DNA from: a virus
Lineage: Duplodnaviria > Caudoviricetes
IMG/VR virus record: IMGVR_UViG_3300012952_003062
Coordinates: 1 to 46,197 of that record
Length of the DNA: 46,197 nucleotides
Strand: one strand, 5' to 3'
In this document: positions 11,123 to 20,832 of the stretch, one piece after another
Position numbering within the stretch: position 1 is the stretch's first letter
Layout of the letters: each line of letters starts with the position of its first letter
Notes under the pieces: generated by a model
Database searches by the model: none
Told to the model about the DNA's origin: nothing
What the model saw: only the letters and a program-made list of their open reading frames with translations
Translations under genes and position numbers: made by a program

Positions 11123-12238
11123 ATGGCTTATTGGAGACTAGACCCAGTAAATGATAGTTCTACAGCGACTATTACTAGTAATGCTGTGGCAGACCTTCAC
11201 AATATTTTTAATGGAACACATACGGCTGTTTCGGATCTTACTAGCTCGTCTTGGCATGTTGGAAACTGCTATACAGTGGGCACTGTTGCTACTTCCGGTA
11301 TGTATCAAGCAGGAAGCCATTCAGGCTCTACATCAGGCACATACACAGGTTGGTCGTCCGCTTTTACTGGTGCTGATAAATTTCACTATGCAAAAGGTCA
11401 GGTATCAGGGTATCAGCCCTCCCGACAGGTTACGTACAATAAGGACAACACAAACAAGGATCGTTTTAGGTCTTTTAATCCTGCGGGCGGAAATGGATTG
11501 CCAGGCAATACTACGGCCCAGAAATGGATGGCTAGTACCACTACCGGAGTTGGAGAGATAGGCGCCTCTTATATGCAATTTTCCATTATACATATAATTA
11601 GAAATGATACGACCTTTCTAATATGGTGCCAATCTGGTACTACAGCCTCAGCTGATTATGCCTATTTTATGATAGCGGATCTAGAGTTTATAAATGGAGT
11701 AGATGATTTCCATTATGCAAATACGACGAATTACTGTCCTACTATTACTGTTGCAGGTGTACATGAAGATACTATGCTTGCAGATCCACCTACAGTACAA
11801 ACTGATGATGATGAAACTAGATTCGGAGTTGGAATGGCTCCTAATCCGGATGTAGGAGGAGTATATAGGCATCCTCAATGGAGTGATGGTAATAATTTTC
11901 ATTTTGGGTATCAAGTCAGCCAGAATTATTATGGTAGTCTTTGGCCAAAACCTATGACTAGTATGAATAACTTAAAAAACTCTGCGGGGGATGTGTATCC
12001 TCTTACTCCTGTTTTCTTTGATGCATCTAATAATGCAACTAATAACTATTCTGGAACAAGACAAGGAAAACTGATGAATGTCTATAGAACGACGGATAAT
12101 TTAGATATTGGTGCAAGAATACAAGTAGGTTCTACCTATTATAGGTGCCTACCTTTTCATCCTACAGGAAGGGAGACTCTGGTTCTTGCTCCTAAAAGAT
12201 CTACTTATGCTTTTCCAGAAAATAACGTTGCTTACTAA
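11123..12238 (+). CDS. Hypothetical virion/tail-associated protein
   Basis: 371-aa ORF, AGGAGA SD, Ser/Thr/Gly/aromatic-rich, in the tail operon. Confidence 0.6.
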   Translation: MAYWRLDPVNDSSTATITSNAVADLHNIFNGTHTAVSDLTSSSWHVGNCYTVGTVATSGMYQAGSHSGSTSGTYTGWSSAFTGADKFHYAKGQVSGYQPSRQVTYNKDNTNKDRFRSFNPAGGNGLPGNTTAQKWMASTTTGVGEIGASYMQFSIIHIIRNDTTFLIWCQSGTTASADYAYFMIADLEFINGVDDFHYANTTNYCPTITVAGVHEDTMLADPPTVQTDDDETRFGVGMAPNPDVGGVYRHPQWSDGNNFHFGYQVSQNYYGSLWPKPMTSMNNLKNSAGDVYPLTPVFFDASNNATNNYSGTRQGKLMNVYRTTDNLDIGARIQVGSTYYRCLPFHPTGRETLVLAPKRSTYAFPENNVAY

Positions 12239-12249
12239 GGAGCACAAGA

Positions 12250-12768
12250 ATGTTTAGAAAAATGGGAAATATTTATCGGTTTCGTATTGTTGAAGATACT
12301 GATAAAAATTGGATCACAGAAGCCCTACAGGGAGAAACCACGGGACTACTTAGTGTCGAGGATATCCTTAAGGGCGGAAGGATACTTAATGCGCACGAAG
12401 GGCTACAAGATAAGTTTTATGTTGGCCCTTTCTACCGCATAATTAGTCGCCAAGACGGAGTTGGAGGGGATATAGCGTTAGCTACTACTTTAATTAAAGA
12501 AGCGGGAACAAGAGAGTTCCAAATTTTCGCTATACATCCTACACATAGAAACACTGAAAATCTTGGGGAAGAAATTGCAAAAGCAATGCATATATGGGGA
12601 GCTAGTCCTAGCTGCCCATGGAAAGCCGTAGAAGCAATAATTCCTATTCATAAACCTTTAGACGGATTGAAACGGCCCCAATATTTGAAAGTTAGTGACG
12701 ACGACACAACTAATCATTATTATATAAATCGTGAAACTGATCCTGAGAATACTCAAAAGCCTTTTTAA
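12250..12768 (+). CDS. Putative GNAT-fold acetyltransferase-like protein
   Basis: N-terminal FRIVEDTD..WI and IFAIHPTHRN...LG resemble GNAT strand 1 and motif A; AAGGAG SD. Confidence 0.4.
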   Translation: MFRKMGNIYRFRIVEDTDKNWITEALQGETTGLLSVEDILKGGRILNAHEGLQDKFYVGPFYRIISRQDGVGGDIALATTLIKEAGTREFQIFAIHPTHRNTENLGEEIAKAMHIWGASPSCPWKAVEAIIPIHKPLDGLKRPQYLKVSDDDTTNHYYINRETDPENTQKPF

Positions 12769-12780
12769 TAAGAGAATAAA

Positions 12781-13959
12781 GTGACCACATATAGCGCAAC
12801 AGTTAGTAGTTATAGTACTAGTAGTAGTCATAGAACCGTTACCCAGAATGTGGGAACCGGCGATACGATTAATGTTAGTTTTTCAAACTATGTTCCCTAT
12901 ACTAGCTTTGTGGTTAGTCTTATTACTAATTGTTCAAGTAGTGTATCAGTTAACGTTAATCCTATAAGTAGTGGTGCAACTTTAACCTTTAGCAGTTCGA
13001 GTGCGGGCAGCTATGATTTTAGAGTTACTCATACAATGACAGCAGGTAAATCTAGTACCGTAAAATACAGCGGAGTCACAGGAACAGTTTCTGCTGCTAC
13101 TCCTACGCTTACTGCTGTAGATGTTACTCCTGCTACATGGTCTAATACTGGTGCAGGAAGCCAAGCCTTTGCGGCATCAGCAACAGGTACTGCTACCGAT
13201 GTGGTATATGCGTGGTCATTAACAGGCGACACAGACAATGCTACCCTTAGTGCTACTTCAGGCACTCCTGTAACTGTAACTATGGGAAATGATATAGGAG
13301 AAAGCCAAGAAACTGTTACTGTTAACGTAAGTGCTACTTCTAGCTCTGCCTCTGTATCTTCTGGAATTACAGATACTGCTGTAATTACTCAAACTCATGA
13401 GGCAGCAACTCTTACTGCTGTAGACATTTCTCCCGCAACAGCAACTATTAGCAATGGAGGAACTCAAGTTTTCACAGCTTCTAGAACAGGTAATGTTACG
13501 GATACTGTATATGCATGGTCACTATCGGGAGATACTGATAATGTTAGTCTTAGTTCTAGTTCCGGAAACCCAGTTACTGTAACGGCTACAGATAATGACG
13601 ATACTAGTCAAGAAACTGTTACTGTTAATGTAAGCGCTACTTCTAGTCAGGCTTCGGTTAGTTCTGGAGTTACGGATACTTCTACACTAACGTTAAACCA
13701 TACCCAAACTCCTCAAGGCGTACTTGTAACTCCTGGGGGTACAGCAATCGCCATAGCCTCTATAGCGAACCCTGCAGTTCTTGTAACTGGTAGTAGCACA
13801 ATACCTTTATCTGGCTTACGAGACCTAGATGGACTACTTTTAGCATCAACCTCTACAGCTGTCTTGTCATCTGTTAAAGTTTTGTCGGGATCTTTCGTAG
13901 AATTTGAGGTTCCTGTTGATTCTTGGGATGGGGGCGCAAATTGGGGCTCTAGTTTCTAA
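12781..13959 (+). CDS. Ig-like (BIG2-type) repeat virion protein
   Basis: Two ~101-aa repeats TLTAVDxxPAT...Q.F.A...V.Y.WSL.GD; GTG start. Confidence 0.65.
   Translation: MTTYSATVSSYSTSSSHRTVTQNVGTGDTINVSFSNYVPYTSFVVSLITNCSSSVSVNVNPISSGATLTFSSSSAGSYDFRVTHTMTAGKSSTVKYSGVTGTVSAATPTLTAVDVTPATWSNTGAGSQAFAASATGTATDVVYAWSLTGDTDNATLSATSGTPVTVTMGNDIGESQETVTVNVSATSSSASVSSGITDTAVITQTHEAATLTAVDISPATATISNGGTQVFTASRTGNVTDTVYAWSLSGDTDNVSLSSSSGNPVTVTATDNDDTSQETVTVNVSATSSQASVSSGVTDTSTLTLNHTQTPQGVLVTPGGTAIAIASIANPAVLVTGSSTIPLSGLRDLDGLLLASTSTAVLSSVKVLSGSFVEFEVPVDSWDGGANWGSSF
13105..13700 (+). repeat. Internal tandem duplication with 303-nt period
   Basis: Units start at 13105 and 13408 and share cttactgctgtaga, tggtca and caagaaactgttactgttaa blocks. 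Confidence 0.8.
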
Positions 13960-13991
13960 CTCCTTTTAAAATAAGGTGTAAAAAATAAGTC

Positions 13992-14020
13992 TTGACATTT
14001 TAAAATTTTTTTGCTATAAT
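13992..14020 (+). promoter_or_regulatory. Consensus sigma70 promoter for the TBDR-def cassette
   Basis: TTGACA (13992-13997), 17 nt, TATAAT (14015-14020); A-tract upstream. Confidence 0.9.
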
Positions 14021-14090
14021 ACTCAAACACTGGAGCTTCCGAGGCTCCTTTAACCCAACAGTTACTCCAAACATAAAAAACGAGGTAAAA

Positions 14091-16361
14091 ATGCTCAAAA
14101 GGTTGATTGGCCTATCTATAGGCCTAGTATTGCTTTCACCGTTTGCATCCGCAGACAGAATAATAGAAGAGATAGTAGTAGTTGCAGAAAAACGTGACGA
14201 AAATCTAAAAGATTTATCTCAAGCCGTAACAGTTCTCAGCGGGGAGGAGTTAGATCAGAAAAACGTAACTACCTTTGTCGACTTGAGTGCCATTGCTCCT
14301 GGAGTTACAGTAGCAAAAAATGAAGGTTATAAGACGATTATATCAATTCGAGGAATCGGAAATGAAACTAATCAAAACGCTATAGCCGCCCCTTCAGTTG
14401 CATACCATCTAGACGGTGTATATGTAGCTTCTCCCTTCTCCCTACAAACAGATTTCATTGATGTTGACCGCATAGAGGTGTTAAGAGGACCACAAGGTAC
14501 TCTTTTCGGACAAAACTCTACTGGCGGAGCAATTAATGTTATTAGCAAAGCTCCTTCTACAGAAGGATTTGAAATGTCAGGAGATCTCACAGCTGGAAAT
14601 TATAACCTAAAAAAGGGTAGAATCTCCTTAAACATTCCTATTACGGACAGTTTCGCTACTCGAACTTCCGTATCGGTAACGGATCGAGACGGATTCTCGA
14701 AAAATCTACTAAATGGACAGGACTTGGATGATATGAGCTCTATCAGTGCTCGTACAGACTGGGAGTATATGGGTAGTGCTGCCAGTATAAGAGTTTTTGC
14801 TCAATATTTTGATGCAGACAACAATGGGGCTGCAATGAAAGGTATTGATGATCCCACCCCCAATCCGAGAGAACTATTGCAAGATACAGAAGCAAATTTT
14901 GAACTTACATCAAAGCTTGCTGCAGCTATACTTGAAGTCCCTCTCAGTAATTCTACTTTAAAAGCTATTGCTAGCTGGCAAGAAGATGATGTACTTATAA
15001 AGCGAGATAATGACCGACATAACTTTGGAGATATTCATATCGGAGGCCTGTGGGCGGGACTACCCTATATTCGAGCAGAATATGATCCAGAAACCTCTTT
15101 AGTTGAAACAAAAACTTTTGAAGTCAACATTATTTCAGACACCCCGTTGTTTGCTAAGTTGGACTGGACAGTAGGAGCTTTCTACTTAGATCATAAGATA
15201 GAAAATCATATTCGTGAGTATAAAGATGTAAACAACGTGTATGATATTGGTTTAATGGACGGAGAGTTTACTCCTTACATTCACAACTCTGAATGCCCTG
15301 CTTGCTTCGCTATTTATGGAGCGGAAGTAGGTTTTATTTCAGATGCTTTTCCTACACGAGAATCTTACTCAGCTTATGCACAAACTACTCTTAATATGAC
15401 AGATACTACTAGACTAGTTACTGGAGTTCGATATACAGACGATACAGTGGACAGTTTTGTTTCAAATTTCTTTGGAATACCAGGGCAAGTGTATAATCTT
15501 CAGGAAAATCTATCAGAAACCACAGGAAGAGTTGCAGTAGAGTGGGATGTTACAGATAATGCTATGACGTACTTATCTGTAACAAAAGGATTTAAACCAG
15601 GAGGTAGTAATCTTACGTTTGGTTTCGATAATGATAATGCTCCTGTAATGGTTTTTCCAATCTTTAAGAATGAAGAAATTTTAGCTTATGAGATAGGCTT
15701 TAAATCTGTTTATGAGGCTACTAGGCTTAACGCTGCTGTATTCTACTATGATTATGAAAATTTGCAGTTTCAAGCAACAGATCCAGATATTTATAGAGGA
15801 GGAGTAGCAAACATACCAGAAGTAAATGTACAGGGAGTAGAAGTTGAATTAGTAAGATTACTTACTGATGCACTTACTTTTGATGTAAAAGTCGCATATC
15901 TTGATTCCGATATTAAATCCGCTTATGAAGCTTTAGATAATGTAAAAGCAGAGCCGTATTTCTTTGGCCAAGAGGCTTTGAGATACGATCTGAGAGAAAA
16001 TATTCAAGGAAACGAGCTTGCAAAGACTCCTGGTCTTACTGCAAACATAAGTCTAAAATATGAGAAATATTTAGACTCAGGGCTATTTTCCGGAATAGTG
16101 GAATATGTACACAGAGGGGAGTTTCAACAAAGGGTAATAAATAACCCAACAGTAGATACTGTTCCTAGCTATGATATTGTTAACCTTTTACTTAGCTATG
16201 ACTTAGCGAATGAAAAGCTTGGATTTGATTTAATGGCGTATAACATAACTGATGAAGCAGGAGTAAACTCACGTATGACTGATGTATTTGGAGTAGGTGC
16301 AACAGGTATAGAGCTTATTCCGCCTAGACAGGTTATGGGCAGAATTAGATATTTCTTTTAA
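14091..16361 (+). CDS. TonB-dependent outer-membrane receptor
   Basis: Signal peptide ending ASA; TonB box IEEIVVVA; plug motifs IRGIG, LDGVY, RIEVLRGPQGTLFGQNSTGGAINVIS; GFKPGG; C-terminal Phe; GAGG SD. Confidence 0.95.
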   Translation: MLKRLIGLSIGLVLLSPFASADRIIEEIVVVAEKRDENLKDLSQAVTVLSGEELDQKNVTTFVDLSAIAPGVTVAKNEGYKTIISIRGIGNETNQNAIAAPSVAYHLDGVYVASPFSLQTDFIDVDRIEVLRGPQGTLFGQNSTGGAINVISKAPSTEGFEMSGDLTAGNYNLKKGRISLNIPITDSFATRTSVSVTDRDGFSKNLLNGQDLDDMSSISARTDWEYMGSAASIRVFAQYFDADNNGAAMKGIDDPTPNPRELLQDTEANFELTSKLAAAILEVPLSNSTLKAIASWQEDDVLIKRDNDRHNFGDIHIGGLWAGLPYIRAEYDPETSLVETKTFEVNIISDTPLFAKLDWTVGAFYLDHKIENHIREYKDVNNVYDIGLMDGEFTPYIHNSECPACFAIYGAEVGFISDAFPTRESYSAYAQTTLNMTDTTRLVTGVRYTDDTVDSFVSNFFGIPGQVYNLQENLSETTGRVAVEWDVTDNAMTYLSVTKGFKPGGSNLTFGFDNDNAPVMVFPIFKNEEILAYEIGFKSVYEATRLNAAVFYYDYENLQFQATDPDIYRGGVANIPEVNVQGVEVELVRLLTDALTFDVKVAYLDSDIKSAYEALDNVKAEPYFFGQEALRYDLRENIQGNELAKTPGLTANISLKYEKYLDSGLFSGIVEYVHRGEFQQRVINNPTVDTVPSYDIVNLLLSYDLANEKLGFDLMAYNITDEAGVNSRMTDVFGVGATGIELIPPRQVMGRIRYFF

Positions 16362-16798
16362 TGAGTCCTATGGAAAGTTTCATTGAGAAAGACTTTAACA
16401 GATTAAGACTACGAAGTACAGACTGGGTAGGGCCCCAAGAAGAGCTGAATAAACTACTTAGTAGAATGAGAGTAGCCATGAAAAATAGAAATGGCGTAGG
16501 AATTGCTGCAATACAAATTGGAGTTCCTGTTCGAGTCTGTATCGCCAATAATCATGTAATTATAAACCCTAAAATTAAAAAATTAGGCAGTATACCTCAA
16601 CCACATGATGAGGGCTGTTTAAGTCTTCCGAATACAATAGTTCGTGTTAAACGAAAACATTCTATTGAACTAGAGTATTTAGATGAGAATTTAAAATCAA
16701 AAAGGCAGACTTTTAAGAAATTTGATGCTGTAGTAGTTCAACATGAACTAGATCATCTTAATGGGAAGTTAATAATTGATAGGGGGAAAAAGTATTAA
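16361..16798 (+). CDS. def: Peptide deformylase (short, viral-type)
   Basis: Motifs GVGIAAIQIG, EGCLS and QHELDHLNG; start overlaps the TBDR stop (TAATG). Confidence 0.95.
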   Translation: MSPMESFIEKDFNRLRLRSTDWVGPQEELNKLLSRMRVAMKNRNGVGIAAIQIGVPVRVCIANNHVIINPKIKKLGSIPQPHDEGCLSLPNTIVRVKRKHSIELEYLDENLKSKRQTFKKFDAVVVQHELDHLNGKLIIDRGKKY

Positions 16799-16824
16799 AA
16801 AAGGGGGCAAAAGCCCCCTTTTTT
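16797..16824. terminator. Bidirectional intrinsic terminator
   Basis: AAAAAA-GGGGGC-AAAA-GCCCCC-TTTTTT between convergent genes. Confidence 0.9.
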
Positions 16825-17101
16825 ATATCTCTACTGACTTTGAACTCTCTTCTGCAAGTGTGCCGTCAAAAACTTCTTCACTTGGGGGCTTTTCTACTTC
16901 CTCTTGAAGTAGACCAACAAAACCTCTTTTTGAAATTTCTAGTTGGTCGAGTTTAGCTCTTGTAGAGTTAAGCTGTACATCCAAGTCTTGAATCTGAGCA
17001 ACATAATATTTTGCTTTTTCAGACAAGTCTTCAATAATGTATTGATTATCGTTGAATGTAAGTACAGGCTTTTCCTCTGTAGTTGCAGCTGCTTCTGCCA
17101 T
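16823..17101 (-). CDS. Hypothetical acidic coiled-coil protein
   Basis: AGGAGA SD; LTFNDNQY..EDL followed by a heptad pattern. Confidence 0.7.
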   Translation of the reverse strand: MAEAAATTEEKPVLTFNDNQYIIEDLSEKAKYYVAQIQDLDVQLNSTRAKLDQLEISKRGFVGLLQEEVEKPPSEEVFDGTLAEESSKSVEI

Positions 17102-17112
17102 GTTTCATTCTC

Positions 17113-18072
17113 CTATTTAAATATATCTTGCCAGTTTCCGGTTGTGCTCGCGCGTGCATACTCGGTGGCTCGATTTTCAAAAAAGTTAGTATGCTCTACC
17201 GCGTTTAACATATAGTCAAGCCACGGTAAAGGGTTTTCTTCGCTGCCAAATATTTTTTTCATCCCTAGTTGCAGTAACCTTCTATCAGCAATATATCTAA
17301 TATATGCTTTTACTTGTTCAGGAGTTAAGTCTGGGACTTCAGCCCCTGAAAAGCAAAGATCGATAAAAGCATCTTCTAGTTCTACGGTACGTTCGGCAGC
17401 ACAGTATATTTCATACTTCAAGTCGTCGTTCCATAGATCGGGATTTTCTTTAATGAAGGTACGAAATAATTGTGTCATGCCTTCAACATGGAGAGTTTCG
17501 TCTCTTATTGACCATGTTACAATTTGTCCCATACCCTTCATTAAATTATGTCGAGGAAAGTTCAATAGAATAGCAAAGCTACTAAATAATTGAACTCCCT
17601 CAGTAAAAGCAGAATAGATAGCCATTGTTTTAGCAATGTTTAACTTACTATCCATCCCGAAATTACCTAAGTGCTCATGCTTGTCCAACATTTCTTTATG
17701 CTGAAAAAACTTCTGATACTCATCATCTCCAAACCCTAGAGTTTCTAGTAATAATGAATATGCTTCTTGATGTACGGCTTCCATTCCTGCGAAAGCTGAT
17801 AACATCATTCTTACTTCAGGCTGCTTGAATGTAGGTAAATAATGCTTTGCATACCCACAACAAACATCTACATCTGCCTGTGTAAAAAATCTAAAAATAT
17901 TGGAAATTAAGATTTTATTTCCATTTGTTAGTTTTTCTCTATAGTCCTTCAAATCATCCGCTAGATTGACTTCATCAGGAAGCCAATGCATGTGTTGTTG
18001 AGTCTTATAGTGCTCAAATGCCCATGGATAACTAAAAGGCTTATAATATTCTCTTTCTGTTAATAGATCCAT
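17113..18072 (-). CDS. nrdB: Ribonucleotide reductase class I beta subunit
   Basis: YPWA; FFTQAD; EAVHQEAY (iron ligands and radical Tyr); TEG; DETLH; NFFE. Confidence 0.95.
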   Translation of the reverse strand: MDLLTEREYYKPFSYPWAFEHYKTQQHMHWLPDEVNLADDLKDYREKLTNGNKILISNIFRFFTQADVDVCCGYAKHYLPTFKQPEVRMMLSAFAGMEAVHQEAYSLLLETLGFGDDEYQKFFQHKEMLDKHEHLGNFGMDSKLNIAKTMAIYSAFTEGVQLFSSFAILLNFPRHNLMKGMGQIVTWSIRDETLHVEGMTQLFRTFIKENPDLWNDDLKYEIYCAAERTVELEDAFIDLCFSGAEVPDLTPEQVKAYIRYIADRRLLQLGMKKIFGSEENPLPWLDYMLNAVEHTNFFENRATEYARASTTGNWQDIFK

Positions 18073-18079
18073 TTATCAC

Positions 18080-18232
18080 TCACCAATTATGTACTATATT
18101 GCTCATAATAAAGAAACAAGTAGCAAAGTTTATCACCACTATTACACTTCTTATGATACAAACATAGTCATCATACTCTTCGGTTTTCTCATCAGCAAAA
18201 CCTCCCAGAGCATATTTCCAAATTGTCCACAT
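18080..18232 (-). CDS. Small membrane protein (50 aa) between nrdA and nrdB, not in ORF track
   Basis: Translated by hand: MWTIWKYALGGFADEKTEEYDDYVCIIRSVIVVINFATCFFIMSNIVHNW; fills the gap. Confidence 0.7.
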   Translation of the reverse strand: MWTIWKYALGGFADEKTEEYDDYVCIIRSVIVVINFATCFFIMSNIVHNW

Positions 18233-18233
18233 C

Positions 18234-20003
18234 TTAGCCCTCACAAGCCAGACACCCTTCTTCGTCTATACTTTCAAAAATTCTTTGTCTAAGTACCTCA
18301 TCAGATACTGTTTCTGCCCTTTTATAGGCTTCACTTCTTAAGTAGTATAGAGTTTTTACTCCTCTTTTCCATGCCATCATATGAACAGCATGTAGCTCTT
18401 GCTTAGACACATTTGCAGGAAAAAATACATTTAAAGATTGACTTTGACATATTTCTTCTTGTCTATCTGCCGCCATTTCAATTACCCATCTTTGATCAAT
18501 TTCTACTGCTGTTTTAAATACGTCTTTAGTCCACTCATCAAGAAAATCTAGGTGTTGTACAGAACCTCCGTTAGTTACTACACTTTTCCAAACTTCGTCC
18601 GTATCTTCGCCCAAATCTTGTAAGATATTTTCAAGATATTCGTTTTTAAGCAAACTACTCCCACTTTTAGTTTTTTGAGTGAAAGCATTAGCACGATAAG
18701 GCTCGATTGAAGGAGAAGTATTACCGCATATAATGCTAGAACTGGCGTTAGGAGCAATAGCAAGAAGGTGAGAATTGCGTACTCCCGCGCCCTCTCCATC
18801 TGGACACTCGCCTCGCTCTCTAGCAAGTCTTTTAGTCTCATTTACTGCCTCCGTTTTAATTTTCTTAAACATTTGCATGTTTCTACCCTTTGCCATAGCA
18901 CTCTCAAAAGGGATATTATTACGTTGTAGATAAGCATGGAACCCCATAGCCCCTAGTCCTAAACTTCGCTCTCTCATAGCACTATATTTAGCTCTGTGAA
19001 GCTGCTCGGGAGCATTATCAATAAAGTACTGAAGCACATTATCAAGCATACGAATTAGGTCGGGTATAAATTGCTCATTGTCTTTCCACTCATCATATTC
19101 TTCTAGATTTACACTCGACAAGCAACATACCGCTGTGCGGTCTTTGTCTGTAGGTAGTGTAATTTCAGAACAAAGATTAGATTGATGTACTTTTAAGCCT
19201 AATTTTTGTTGAAATTCGGGCAAAGCTTCATCAACTGTATCTTTAAATACAATATAAGGCTCTCCTGTTTCCACACGATTTTGAATAAGTTTTACCCAAA
19301 GTGTCTTTGCTGGAACCGTTTTTATAACTTTTCCCGAATGAGGATCAATTAAGTCCCACGAGTCATCAGATCCTGGGTTTCTTGTTGCATTTTCAATGAG
19401 TTGCATAAAATCATCCCCAATCATTACACCATGATGAAGATTAGTTGATTTTCTGTTTACGTCTCCTCCAGTAGGTTTTCGTACATCTAAAAATTCTTCG
19501 ATTTCGGGATGGGACATATCAATATAAGCAGCATAGCTTCCTCGTCTTGTTATGCCTTGAGAGAAAGCAAGCATCTCAGCATCTACAACCTTTAGAAAAG
19601 GTATTACGCCTGTACTCTCGGAGCCATTACTCGTTTTCGAGCCCACACTCCGAACCCCGCTCCAGCACCCGCCAACGCCTCCACCTACGGAGGACAGGAA
19701 AGCATTCTCAGTATAGTGATCTGTTATCCCGCCTCTCGAATCCTCAACATAATTAAGAAAACAACTAATAGGCAGCCCACGAGTTGTTCCACCATTAGAA
19801 AGTACAGGAGTAGAAAACATAAACCAAAGTTTACTAGCATAATCGTATAGTCTCTGAGCATGTTCGTCATTATCTGCAAAAGCTTCTGCTGCTCTGGCAA
19901 AAGCCTGCTGTGGGGAGGTTTCTCCCTCCATTAAGTATCTATCTTCTAAAGTTTTGAAACTAAAGTCTGATAAATACTTATCTCTATTATAACTAAGCTG
20001 CAT
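18234..20003 (-). CDS. nrdA: Ribonucleotide reductase class I alpha subunit, no ATP cone
   Basis: STPVL, ISCFL, SNLCSEI, APNASS, KTLYY, C-terminal CLACEG. Confidence 0.95.
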   Translation of the reverse strand: MQLSYNRDKYLSDFSFKTLEDRYLMEGETSPQQAFARAAEAFADNDEHAQRLYDYASKLWFMFSTPVLSNGGTTRGLPISCFLNYVEDSRGGITDHYTENAFLSSVGGGVGGCWSGVRSVGSKTSNGSESTGVIPFLKVVDAEMLAFSQGITRRGSYAAYIDMSHPEIEEFLDVRKPTGGDVNRKSTNLHHGVMIGDDFMQLIENATRNPGSDDSWDLIDPHSGKVIKTVPAKTLWVKLIQNRVETGEPYIVFKDTVDEALPEFQQKLGLKVHQSNLCSEITLPTDKDRTAVCCLSSVNLEEYDEWKDNEQFIPDLIRMLDNVLQYFIDNAPEQLHRAKYSAMRERSLGLGAMGFHAYLQRNNIPFESAMAKGRNMQMFKKIKTEAVNETKRLARERGECPDGEGAGVRNSHLLAIAPNASSSIICGNTSPSIEPYRANAFTQKTKSGSSLLKNEYLENILQDLGEDTDEVWKSVVTNGGSVQHLDFLDEWTKDVFKTAVEIDQRWVIEMAADRQEEICQSQSLNVFFPANVSKQELHAVHMMAWKRGVKTLYYLRSEAYKRAETVSDEVLRQRIFESIDEEGCLACEG

Positions 20004-20832
20004 TCAATATACTCCTTATTTCTGATATATTATCAGACCCAATTGCGTCATCGCAATAAGTTAACAGATCCATTAATTCGTAATTAATTAATATTTGTTC
20101 AGCATTTTCATTCAATGCTTGAATATATTTATACTTACTATCAATAGGTGTAGCATCATAGATATTAAACGCACTTCCGTATTGGTTTATTAAACCTACT
20201 GCTCTCTTTGGCCCTATTCCGGGTATTCCTGGTACATTATCCCCTTTATCACCAGTTAGGCATTTTAAGGAGATATACTCTTCGGGACTCACTTCATAGT
20301 GATCTTTCCAGCTATCTAAAGTTACCTCTTTTCTAGTAACATAAGAAAATCTTCCAACCTTTTCTTCTATTAGTAAGTCCCAATCTCTATCACTAGAAAT
20401 TAACCAAATATACTCTAAACTATACTCCTGTTTTTCTTTAACTAGGTGAGCAGCAATATCGTCTGCTTCTACCCCTCTGAATCTTAGTATAGGATAGTTT
20501 TCTGATAATAATTCTAGTGTTGCTTCATACTCTTCAAAAAACTCTTCAAAAGCTATTTTTTCTTCTTCTGACTGTTCAGCAACCTTATCCTTTCTGTTTT
20601 GTTTATAATCAGAACTTATATTTTTTCTGTATTCCGATGAACCCCAGTCAGCAGTAATTATAACTTTTTTACAGTCATAAGATCTAGCTAAACTTTGTAC
20701 AGTTTTTTCATATTCATACCTAAAATCGGTTCTTCCCTGATGTTTCCATCGAAAAGCCAAGTTCAAAGCATCAACAATTAGCGTACAATTTGGGTTTTCA
20801 TTAATTAATTTATCTGAAAAACTAAAGGTCAT
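19993..20832 (-). CDS. 5'-3' exonuclease/flap endonuclease (T5 D15-like)
   Basis: IVDALN, YKQNR, GVEADD, SSDRD, GDKGDNVPGIPGIGPK; start refined to the ATG at 20832. Confidence 0.93.
   Translation of the reverse strand: MTFSFSDKLINENPNCTLIVDALNLAFRWKHQGRTDFRYEYEKTVQSLARSYDCKKVIITADWGSSEYRKNISSDYKQNRKDKVAEQSEEEKIAFEEFFEEYEATLELLSENYPILRFRGVEADDIAAHLVKEKQEYSLEYIWLISSDRDWDLLIEEKVGRFSYVTRKEVTLDSWKDHYEVSPEEYISLKCLTGDKGDNVPGIPGIGPKRAVGLINQYGSAFNIYDATPIDSKYKYIQALNENAEQILINYELMDLLTYCDDAIGSDNISEIRSILNAA

Noticed and set aside
13105-13700. Duplicated segments near tail genes as a DGR template/variable repeat pair
   Set aside because: Both copies are in-frame coding Ig-like domains, the differences are not adenine-specific, and there is no reverse transcriptase in the window
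14030-14086. preQ1-I riboswitch (AUAAAAAAC tail resembles it)
   Set aside because: The loop between the candidate stem arms is too long and lacks the conserved loop and pseudoknot nucleotides
18089-18292. Plus-strand 67-aa ORF between nrdB and nrdA
   Set aside because: The minus-strand 50-aa ORF at 18080-18232 fits the operon direction and spacing better
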